From positions 1 to 58,406 of the IMG/VR virus record IMGVR_UViG_3300044998_000622: a stretch of 58,406 nt of DNA; one strand, written 5' to 3'. This stretch comes from a virus. Lineage: Duplodnaviria > Caudoviricetes. Positions 16,548-24,093 of this stretch are shown here, piece by piece. The notes beneath the pieces were generated by a model. The model saw only the letters and a list, made by a program, of their open reading frames with translations. It was not told where the DNA came from and did no database searches. Each line of letters starts with the position of its first letter. The stretch's first letter is position 1. Made by a program: the position numbers and the translations under genes.

Positions 16548-17209
16548 CCAGGATGAGCGCGCAGACGCAGCTTGCGCTGGTGCTCGTAGCGTTCGTGACG
16601 TTCGTGACGGTGCGCGCGTGCGGCGCAGCGGCTCAGGGGCCCGCGCGCATGTCACCAGAGCTCGCGCTCGCGCGGCTCTGCGTGAGCGAGGCGGGCTGGA
16701 CGTGCTGGGAGACGGGGGACGGTCTTGGGATCCACGAGGTCATGCTCCGTGGCTCCGCCCGGACCGGCCTCCGGTATGAGACGTACGCGCGCTCCTACGC
16801 GCGCAGGCTGTTCGGCGCGCGCCCGCACGACCTCCCGCGCCTCCGCTGGGTCGGGCAGATGGAACCGTCAGGCGCGGAGCCTTCGGCGTGGCCGCGCTCG
16901 ATGACGCGCAGGGTCAGAGGCTCCGTGCGCGTCGAGCCGCACGCCCCGTGGAGCGCCTACCGGGCGCGCTGGCTTGCTGTTCTGGCGCGCGCTCGCGAGG
17001 TCATGTCCGAGCTCACGCTGGACGACGTGGACGAATGGGGGGTCTGCGACCGCCCCGTCCACGACTGGGGCGGCTGGATGGACCGGGCTCGCGCGGAGCG
17101 CATCGGCCTAGTCCCGGTGGACTGCGGGTTGTCGGGCGGGAGCACGCGCAACGATTTCTACTGCCGCCCGTCGGTGGACCCAACGTGCGTGGAGGTGGAC
17201 CGTGAGTAA
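16544..17209 (+). CDS. Signal-anchored protein, possible SleB/Hydrolase_2-like lytic transglycosylase
   Basis: N-terminal hydrophobic helix; LALARLCVSEAG...GIHEVMLR resembles the SleB LA...xEA...V..V..NR motif. Confidence 0.5.
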   Translation: MTRMSAQTQLALVLVAFVTFVTVRACGAAAQGPARMSPELALARLCVSEAGWTCWETGDGLGIHEVMLRGSARTGLRYETYARSYARRLFGARPHDLPRLRWVGQMEPSGAEPSAWPRSMTRRVRGSVRVEPHAPWSAYRARWLAVLARAREVMSELTLDDVDEWGVCDRPVHDWGGWMDRARAERIGLVPVDCGLSGGSTRNDFYCRPSVDPTCVEVDRE

Positions 17210-17525
17210 CTACGATCGGCGCGGTGTCAGCGAGGGCACTTGGGCCGTCTTCGCGGAGAAAGTCGTGGCGGAGCGCGATGCACTGGCAGAGCGCCTCCGC
17301 GAGAGCGAAGCGAAGCGTAACGCTCTGGTCGTAGACATTCTTGAACACCTGCCGCCCCACATATTCGACGATGACGGACCGGACGACACAGCGTCGGAGC
17401 GCGAAGTGATCGAGTACGCGGGAGATGAGATCCGGCGGCTCCGAGCACGCGCAGAGCGCGCGGAGTCAGAACGTGACGAGGCCCGAGCGCAACTCGTGAC
17501 GCCGCTCAAGTCGAGCGATGAGTGA
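17202..17525 (+). CDS. Coiled-coil protein (Ead/Ea22-like modular type)
   Basis: EGTWAVFAEKVVAERDA and ERDEAR blocks shared with 18114-18716. Confidence 0.7.
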   Translation: MSNYDRRGVSEGTWAVFAEKVVAERDALAERLRESEAKRNALVVDILEHLPPHIFDDDGPDDTASEREVIEYAGDEIRRLRARAERAESERDEARAQLVTPLKSSDE

Positions 17526-18117
17526 CCTGACTTCTACACTGCGCCAGATGCGCAAGCACGGCGCGATTCTGTCGTGGTTGGGGGCTCGGCGTAATCGCAC
17601 TCTCGATGATCTGTGGGCCGAGTGCCAGCACGGATATTGGATGCTGTGGCTTGCGTCGTGCCTCGGAGTTGATCGTCGTCTGACGGTGCTTGCCGCATGC
17701 GACTGTGCCGAGTCCGTGCTCGTGTACGTCCCGCCGGGCGAAGAGCGGCCGCGACGAGCCATCGAGGTGGCTCGTCGCTGGGTGCGCGGCGAGGCGACTG
17801 TCGACGAGGTGCGCGCTGCCGCCGGGGCAGCGTACGACGCCGCATACGATGTCGAGAGAGCTGCCGCCGCTTACGCGTCGATCGCAGCCCACGAGGCTGC
17901 TGCGGCGATCGAGGCCGCTGAGTGCATGGACGATCCCGCTGAGGCCGCCATGTACGCAGCACAGGCCGCCGCAACAGCGTCGGCCGTCGGGCAAGACGAG
18001 GTGTCCGCTGCCTCCGCAGCGGCAACCGCATCGTTCGCGCGCAGCGCTGACATCGTGCGAGCACACATCGACGCCGCGACGATCGCGTCTGCGCTCGACG
18101 CCGTGGGGAGACTGTGA
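17518..18117 (+). CDS. Imm5-like domain protein, Ala-rich
   Basis: LAACDCAESVL.......RPRRAIEVARRWVRGE motif. Confidence 0.7.
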   Translation: MSDLTSTLRQMRKHGAILSWLGARRNRTLDDLWAECQHGYWMLWLASCLGVDRRLTVLAACDCAESVLVYVPPGEERPRRAIEVARRWVRGEATVDEVRAAAGAAYDAAYDVERAAAAYASIAAHEAAAAIEAAECMDDPAEAAMYAAQAAATASAVGQDEVSAASAAATASFARSADIVRAHIDAATIASALDAVGRL

Positions 18118-18716
18118 TGACGACGATACCGACTCGATGCCCGTACTGCGACCGTCCCCTCGCGACGCAGGCCGACTACGACACCGCGCGTGTCGTTGAA
18201 GGCACTTGGGCGGTTTTCGCGGAGAAAGTCGTGGCTGAGCGCGACGCGGCGCGCGAAGAGATCGCCGAGCTTCGGCACAAGCTGGCCGGAGAAGCCGCGC
18301 ACATCGCATCGCTGGAAAGTCTGCTGGTCGATGCGACCCGTGAACGTGACGAGGCGCGCGATGCGGCAGTCCAGGCGCAAGCTGCGCTCGTCGAGGCACG
18401 CGCGCAGCTTGCGGCGCTGCGGGATGCTGCCCTTGCCGCGATGCCGTGGATGCTCGTGATCACATACGACCCCGAGGTGACAAGCGCAGGACACGCGGCA
18501 AAGCGCAAACTCGGAGTCGCGCTCTCCGACACCGCGCACGCCGCCGAGGCGCACGATCGCGAGGTCGCGGCGCGGGTGCTGGAGGGGGCCGCTGAGGAGA
18601 TCGAGCGCGCGGCAAGCGGCATTGGCGGCGAGGATCTGACGAGTCTCGAAGCGGCACGCGCCGGGGGGCTGTACGAGTCTGAGGAGATCGTCCGCAGACT
18701 GGTCGCGAAGATCTGA
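18114..18716 (+). CDS. Coiled-coil protein with N-terminal CxxC
   Basis: CPYC, then the same EGTWAVFAEKVVAERDA block. Confidence 0.7.
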   Translation: MMTTIPTRCPYCDRPLATQADYDTARVVEGTWAVFAEKVVAERDAAREEIAELRHKLAGEAAHIASLESLLVDATRERDEARDAAVQAQAALVEARAQLAALRDAALAAMPWMLVITYDPEVTSAGHAAKRKLGVALSDTAHAAEAHDREVAARVLEGAAEEIERAASGIGGEDLTSLEAARAGGLYESEEIVRRLVAKI

Positions 18717-18720
18717 GGAG

Positions 18721-18960
18721 GTGAGCGATGAGTCAAGGAGATGCGAAGTGACCGCATATCATGAGCAACGCGCCGTGCTGCGCGACAACGATGCGGATGT
18801 GGAGATCGAGGTGCGTGGCGGCGTCGAGTGCGACGATGGCTCGATGGGCTACGAGATCGCCGTCTGTCCTGTCGTGCGCGCAGCGGGTGAGCGGGAGCGC
18901 GTGATGCGCGTGACGGTCGAGACGTGGCGCGCGTGGGTGCGCGCAGTAGGGAGGCTGTGA
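18721..18960 (+). CDS. Hypothetical protein
   Basis: GAGGAG upstream of GTG. Confidence 0.6.
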   Translation: MSDESRRCEVTAYHEQRAVLRDNDADVEIEVRGGVECDDGSMGYEIAVCPVVRAAGERERVMRVTVETWRAWVRAVGRL

Positions 18961-19018
18961 TGGCCGCAGACCAGCGCACTCAGTCGTATGTCGCTCGCTG
19001 TGTCGCCGAGGGGGCGGC

Positions 19019-19675
19019 ATGACTACGGCAGCCGTGACCGCGTCGGCCAGGACGTGGCGCGCGTCCACGGAGGACGCGCGCGAGTTCGCGGCGGTCGTGG
19101 AGGAACGCTCCAGGCAGCGAGCGCTCGGGCACACGGACGACCAGGACATGCCTGACGGCACCGGGGCGGACATCGAACTGCGGGCGCTCGCGCTGGTTCG
19201 CTTCGACGTGCAGTTCGCGGAGCAGACCGGGTCGATGACATGGGCTCATGTCCTGCGCGAGGAGGTCGCGGAGGTGCTCGCGGAGAGCGAGCCGAGCGCG
19301 CTCTACGAGGAGCTCGTGCAGGTCGCCGCTGTGGCGATCCGCTGGGCGAGCGCCCTTCGGCGACGTGGGGAGAGGGCTCACCGTGCGAGATCCTTCGCGG
19401 CGGAGGCGCGCATCGTCACCAGGGCGATGCTCGAAGCTCTCCGCGACGAGCGTCGCGAGGTCACGCTCACGCAGGCGGAAGCGACATACGCGCGCGCCGA
19501 GTGGGCCAAGGTCTGCACGAACGGGCACGGCAAGAGCATCCCGGTCGCGACGCCGGAGGGTCGTGCGCTTCGGTACGCGCGCGTCCTGGCGAGGAAGCGT
19601 GCGGCAAGGGCTCAGGCAGCGTACATGAACGCACGGAAGCAGGCGTTGAAGACGCTAGAGGAGGAGAGCAAGTGA
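19019..19675 (+). CDS. MazG-like all-alpha NTP pyrophosphohydrolase-fold protein with C-terminal extension
   Basis: TWAHVLREEVAEV....LYEELVQVAAVAIRW. Confidence 0.65.
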   Translation: MTTAAVTASARTWRASTEDAREFAAVVEERSRQRALGHTDDQDMPDGTGADIELRALALVRFDVQFAEQTGSMTWAHVLREEVAEVLAESEPSALYEELVQVAAVAIRWASALRRRGERAHRARSFAAEARIVTRAMLEALRDERREVTLTQAEATYARAEWAKVCTNGHGKSIPVATPEGRALRYARVLARKRAARAQAAYMNARKQALKTLEEESK

Positions 19676-19977
19676 TCACGGTCTACAAGCACGGGGAGAG
19701 GCAGCGCAAAGCGCGGGACGCTTTCGCGAGGGCGTTCGAGGCGGCGCGCATCAAGTCGGGCATGTCGATGAGGCAGCTTGGCGCCGCGGTCGGCACGAGC
19801 CACCAGGCGATCATGGTCTTCCGGCACCCGGAGAAGGGGCTCCCAAGCCCCGGCCTGACGCGCAAGGCCGCGGCGGCGGTCGGTATGGACGCGGAGCGCG
19901 CCAGGCGGCTTTGGGTCGACGCGAAGGCGGAGGAGGGTCGCGAGCGAGCGGTCCGCCGCGCGGAGGCGGCCTGGTGA
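19672..19977 (+). CDS. XRE-family HTH regulator
   Basis: ARIKSGMSMRQLGAAVGTSHQAI......LPS; GAGGAG RBS. Confidence 0.8.
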   Translation: MITVYKHGERQRKARDAFARAFEAARIKSGMSMRQLGAAVGTSHQAIMVFRHPEKGLPSPGLTRKAAAAVGMDAERARRLWVDAKAEEGRERAVRRAEAAW

Positions 19978-20156
19978 GCGATCAGACGCGAGGCGGGATC
20001 GCCTGGACGGACCCGTACGAGCTCACCGAGCCGTCCGGAGCTCCAGACGACGGCGGGGACATGGTCCCCATGCGACTCCGCGACCGGAAGGGCGGCGACC
20101 CGGACGAGTGGCCAGAGGACCTTCGGGTGCGGCAGTTCCCGGCGGAGGGCAAGTGA
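19974..20156 (+). pseudogene. Internally deleted DUF5131 (Gp37/Gp68-like) remnant, 60 aa
   Basis: Has the family-like start (MSDQT..IAWTD) and end (KGGDPDEWPEDLRVRQFP) but lacks the Cys-containing core. Confidence 0.65.
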
Positions 20157-20944
20157 CGCCGCGCGCGGTCTTGATCGGCTGGGCCCCCGGTCCCCGCGGC
20201 AGCGACGGCGAGTGTTCGCGCGGGGCCTGGGACGGCTCCACCGGCACGCGCCTCGCCCGCCTCCTGGAGCTCGACCGCGCCGACCTGCCCTCCCGCTTCG
20301 AGCTCGTGAACCTCCTCGACTTGGAGCCCATGGCGGACGCAACGCCCCCCGAGCCGTTCCCCGCACGGGCAGGAGGGGCCTGCGCTGCCCGCCTGGCGCC
20401 GTTCTTGGCCGGCCGCGCGGTCATCCTGGGCGGCGTGCGCGTCGCAGCCGCCTTCGGCCTTCCTGGGCCTCCCTGGGGTCTGTGGAGGGGCACGGACCTG
20501 CTGGGCTACCAGACTGCCGGCTACGCGACGGTGCCGCATCTGTGCGGTCTGACACGCCAGTGGAGCCCAAAGACGGTGGAGGGGCGGCGCCTCCGCGACT
20601 TCGTGGCCGACGTGGCGAGCTCGGCGGACCCGGCGGCAGATGCTAGGCTGGTCCTGGGAATGACCGGTATGACTGGAGAGCGCCCCGATACGATGGTCGG
20701 CTACGCAAGAGCGGCAGAGATCTTGGGGATCTCGGTCGACCATCTCCGCCACCTCGTCCACCGGCGCCAGATCCCGCACTACAGACCGACCCCGAGGACG
20801 GTCCTGTTCCAGGTCGGCGAGCTTCGGCTCCGGATCCTCGCCGGCAGGGTCCGGCAGACGAGCGAAGGAAAGGGCAAGCGATGGAACCGAGAATCGGAGC
20901 GCGGAAGCGCCAGCGGATCGTCGAGCTCCGCCTCGACGCGATGA
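20153..20944 (+). CDS. Uracil-DNA-glycosylase-superfamily-like domain fused to an excisionase-type HTH
   Basis: VLIGWAPG, GSTGTRL, VNLL, VILGG.RVA, VPHLCG (UDG motifs, degenerate); then YARAAEILGISVDHLRHLV...IPHYR...VLF. Confidence 0.65.
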   Translation: MTPRAVLIGWAPGPRGSDGECSRGAWDGSTGTRLARLLELDRADLPSRFELVNLLDLEPMADATPPEPFPARAGGACAARLAPFLAGRAVILGGVRVAAAFGLPGPPWGLWRGTDLLGYQTAGYATVPHLCGLTRQWSPKTVEGRRLRDFVADVASSADPAADARLVLGMTGMTGERPDTMVGYARAAEILGISVDHLRHLVHRRQIPHYRPTPRTVLFQVGELRLRILAGRVRQTSEGKGKRWNRESERGSASGSSSSASTR

Positions 20945-21333
20945 GCTACCGGCAGATCGCGGATGAGCTCGGGCTCTCCGAGCCGTCGATCCGCGCCGTC
21001 CTCGCAACCCCCGAGGCCAAAGAGGCCCTGGAGGCCGGCCGCCGGGAGCGCACCGACCGGGTGCGGATGGCCCTGGAGCGGACGGGCCTGTCCGCGGTCC
21101 AGGCGCTCCTCAAGGGGGCGACCGAGGGGCACCAGAGCAAGGTCGCGGTCATGTCCGCGGACTCGATCCTCGACCGGATCGGGATACCCCGGAAGCAGCA
21201 GGTCGAGCAGCAGGTCTCGGGCGGCCTGGCCTTGGACCCGTTCGCCGGTCGCTCGGACGCGGACTGCGAGTTCTACGCGCAGCACGGGCACTGGCCCGAG
21301 GAGGGGCGCCGAACCGAGGACGCCAAGGGCTGA
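20881..21333 (+). CDS. HTH protein, probable terminase small subunit
   Basis: IVELRLDAMSYRQIADELGLS HTH, ADSILDRIG; upstream of TerL. Confidence 0.7.
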   Translation: MEPRIGARKRQRIVELRLDAMSYRQIADELGLSEPSIRAVLATPEAKEALEAGRRERTDRVRMALERTGLSAVQALLKGATEGHQSKVAVMSADSILDRIGIPRKQQVEQQVSGGLALDPFAGRSDADCEFYAQHGHWPEEGRRTEDAKG

Positions 21334-21336
21334 GCC

Positions 21337-21579
21337 GTGGGTCGCGGCTCACTACGCGGCCGGCGGTCGAGCGCCCGGTACTGCACCGACAAGCGGCCCT
21401 TCCTGACCCCGGAGGAGGCGGCCGAGGAGCACCCCGGGCAGCGCCCCTACCTGTGCCCGGCCTGCGGCAGCTGGCATCTCACCAGCGAGGTCGTGGGGCT
21501 CGCGCTCCCGAAGAAGCACCCCCGCCACAAAAAGCGCGCCCGCGCCTTCCGTGAGCAGGCGGCGAGGCGCCGATCGTGA
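21337..21579 (+). CDS. Small zinc-binding protein
   Basis: CTDKRPF....A...RPYLCPACGSWHLTS. Confidence 0.7.
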   Translation: MGRGSLRGRRSSARYCTDKRPFLTPEEAAEEHPGQRPYLCPACGSWHLTSEVVGLALPKKHPRHKKRARAFREQAARRRS

Positions 21580-23054
21580 GCTCGGCGGAGCTCAGGGCGC
21601 GCGCGAAGCACGCCGCCATCCTCAAGCGGGCCCGCAGGGACCCGTCTGCATTCGTGGAGTATGTCCTCCGCAACGAGGGCGACGGCAGCATCATCCGGAA
21701 CGCGCCCCATCATCTTGCGTGGCAGGACTTCTTGAGCTCGAACCCCTGGGCGGTCGTGTTCGCTCCGGTGGAGCACGGCAAGACCCAGCAGATAGCGATC
21801 GGGCGCGCGCTCTACGAGCTCGGGCGCAACCCGAACGCGCGCCTCGCCCTGATCTCCAACACCAGCCGGCAGGCCGAGAAGCTCCTGGGGGCGATCCGCC
21901 AGCACATAGACGCGAACCCCAGGCTGCGCGAGGTGTTCCCGGCCCTGCGCCGCTCGGACGTGGCCGGCGACCCCTGGCACGGGACCGCGATCACGGTGCA
22001 GCGCGCCACCATCGCCAAGGACCCGAGCATCCAGGCGCTCGGCGTCGGAGGCCCCCTGGTCGGCTCCCGCCTGGACGGCTGCGTCCTCGACGACGTCCTC
22101 GACTTCGAGAACACCAGGACGCACGAGCAGCGCTCGAAGCTGGTGGACTGGTTCGACTCCACGGTGGCGACACGCCTCGTGGACGGCGCCTTTTGCTGGA
22201 TCATCGGCACCCCGTGGCATCCGGAAGACCTGCTGCACGTCATGGCGAAGCGGCCGGGCTACGCGGTCCGGAAGTGGCGGGCGGTCGAGAACCCGGAGGC
22301 CCCGTCGGAGGCCTGGGTGCCGATCTGGCCCGAGCAGTTCTCCGTGGCGCGCCTGCTCCACATCCAGGCCGGTAGCACGGCGCTCAACTTCGCCCGCAAG
22401 TATTTCTGCGAGGTCCGGAGCTCGGAGACCCAGCGGTTCCACCGGGCCTGGTTCGAGGCGGCGGCGGCGAGCGGGAAGCGCTGGGGCCCCTTCCGAACCG
22501 CTCCCCAGAGCCACGGGCAGGCCTGGCCCACCTTCACGGGCGTCGACCTGGGCGTCGGCGAGACCGACGGGCACGACATGACGGTCCTCTTCACGATCGC
22601 CCTGGAGCCCCGGACCCTCCGGCGGGTCGTTCTGGAGATCATGGCGGGCCGCTGGACCGGTCCGGACATTGTGGACCGGATCTTCGACGTTCACCGGCGC
22701 TTCAACAGCATCGTGGTCGTGGAGAGCAACGGAGCTCAGAAGTTCATCGCGCAGTTCGCATCGGGGCGCCAGGTGCCGGTCCGGCCCTTCTTCACGACCG
22801 GGCAGGCCAAGTATGACGAGCACTTCGGGGTCGAGAGCCTGGCGATCGAGCTCAGGAATGGGCAGTGGATCATTCCATCGACCGACGGCTCCCTGGGCGG
22901 CGCCTCGCCCGAGGTCGCGCAGTGGGTCTACGAGGCCGAGCTCTACCACCCAGACTCGCACACGGGAGACCGGCTGATGGCTTCATGGTTCGCCCGGGAG
23001 GCGAGCCGGTCGTTCGGGCCCCGGTTCGGGCGGACGGACGTTCAGGTCAGGTGA
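21576..23054 (+). CDS. terL: Terminase large subunit
   Basis: APVEHGKT (Walker A), GSRLDGCVLDD (Walker B), IGTPWHPED, GVDLG (nuclease), VESNGAQ, HTGDRLMA. Confidence 0.95.
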   Translation: MSSAELRARAKHAAILKRARRDPSAFVEYVLRNEGDGSIIRNAPHHLAWQDFLSSNPWAVVFAPVEHGKTQQIAIGRALYELGRNPNARLALISNTSRQAEKLLGAIRQHIDANPRLREVFPALRRSDVAGDPWHGTAITVQRATIAKDPSIQALGVGGPLVGSRLDGCVLDDVLDFENTRTHEQRSKLVDWFDSTVATRLVDGAFCWIIGTPWHPEDLLHVMAKRPGYAVRKWRAVENPEAPSEAWVPIWPEQFSVARLLHIQAGSTALNFARKYFCEVRSSETQRFHRAWFEAAAASGKRWGPFRTAPQSHGQAWPTFTGVDLGVGETDGHDMTVLFTIALEPRTLRRVVLEIMAGRWTGPDIVDRIFDVHRRFNSIVVVESNGAQKFIAQFASGRQVPVRPFFTTGQAKYDEHFGVESLAIELRNGQWIIPSTDGSLGGASPEVAQWVYEAELYHPDSHTGDRLMASWFAREASRSFGPRFGRTDVQVR

Positions 23055-23102
23055 TGGACTGGCGCGATGGACTCGGCGCGCAGGTCGCGGTAGGCTCGCG
23101 CC
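23053..23102 (+). promoter_or_regulatory. Tandem repeat plus leaderless-type -10
   Basis: GATGGACT(C)GGCGCG twice (23053-23080); TAGGCT 23091-23096, 6 nt before ATG 23103. Confidence 0.55.
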
Positions 23103-23528
23103 ATGCGATTCCACGCGACGACGGGCCCGATCGCTCCTGGCACGCTCGGCCCCGACCCCGTCGTGGCGCCCGGGACCGTGCCGGACTTCCTCCTCCTGCG
23201 GCTCCCCCAGCGGCGCCCCTTCGGCGACGGCCCGATCGAGTCGGTGCTGCTGACGCTCGACGCGGCGGCCGGCGAGACCGTGACGTTCGAGCTCTGGCTC
23301 CTGGAGGAGTCGACCGAGGCCGCGAACACGGCGGACGATCCGGGCGCTCTGGCGGCGAACCGGAAGTTCTACAGGCTCGCGACCGGCATCGTGCTGACGG
23401 CACACCGGCTGACGCTGGTGCAGCCGTACGCGCCTGCGGTGACGCCGATCCCGGCGGGCGTCTGGTACGTTCGGACGACTGCGGACACCCTGGCCGCGGC
23501 GGGCCGGATTCGTGCGGTGGTGGTCTGA
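23103..23528 (+). CDS. Hypothetical (possibly virion) protein
   Basis: Beta-rich 141 aa; TGATG-coupled to the next gene. Confidence 0.7.
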   Translation: MRFHATTGPIAPGTLGPDPVVAPGTVPDFLLLRLPQRRPFGDGPIESVLLTLDAAAGETVTFELWLLEESTEAANTADDPGALAANRKFYRLATGIVLTAHRLTLVQPYAPAVTPIPAGVWYVRTTADTLAAAGRIRAVVV

Positions 23529-23752
23529 TGCGCCTCTTCGTCCTGATCACAGTGCTCTTCCTGGCCTCCTGCGGAGGCTCCATCTCCGACGCGGCGCGCG
23601 CGCGCTACGCGGAGGAGATCGCCCGATGCATGATGCGCGAGCGTGCCATCGTGGACCGCGAGGGCACGACCGCCGAGCAAGACCGGGCCGACATGGACCT
23701 GGAGCGCGCCCGCTGCGACGCCGCGCTCGACGCGATCGAGGCCGGCCGATGA
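23528..23752 (+). CDS. Lipoprotein
   Basis: MRLFVLITVLFLASC lipobox; two further Cys. Confidence 0.75.
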   Translation: MRLFVLITVLFLASCGGSISDAARARYAEEIARCMMRERAIVDREGTTAEQDRADMDLERARCDAALDAIEAGR

Positions 23753-23762
23753 CCGAGCCGCC

Positions 23763-24089
23763 GTGCGGGACGATCCGGTCCTGTTCGCGGCCTTCCTGGT
23801 GCTACTCGCCCACATCGCCCTGGCCTTCTGCCTGTTGACGGGGGTGGTCGAGGCCACTGCCGAGAGCCTCGACCGAGACCGAAGGAGACCGAAGCCCATG
23901 ACTCCCGAGCAGATCGCGCTGAAAATGGCGGCCGAGTTCCTGGGCGCGCTGCTGGCGGCCGCGCCAAGGCTCTTCGAGATCTTCCGGGCGGCCGGCGGCC
24001 GCGACGGGCTCCTGACGGCGCTCGACGCGACCCTGGCGACCGCCCGATCGAAGGCCGACGCCGACCTGGCGGCGAAGCACGGGGGCTGA
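23763..24089 (+). CDS. Membrane-associated helical protein (start GTG 23763 or ATG 23898)
   Basis: TM segment VLFAAFLVLLAHIALAFCLLTGVV in frame with MTPEQIAL...; AAGGAG upstream of 23898. Confidence 0.55.
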   Translation: MRDDPVLFAAFLVLLAHIALAFCLLTGVVEATAESLDRDRRRPKPMTPEQIALKMAAEFLGALLAAAPRLFEIFRAAGGRDGLLTALDATLATARSKADADLAAKHGG

Positions 24090-24093
24090 GCCC

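Noticed and set aside
17202-18716. Repeat pair as a diversity-generating retroelement TR/VR
   Set aside because: No reverse transcriptase; differences are synonymous and not adenine-specific.
20660-20880. Excisionase-like HTH as evidence of lysogeny
   Set aside because: No integrase or att site is recognisable, and this HTH family includes many simple regulators.
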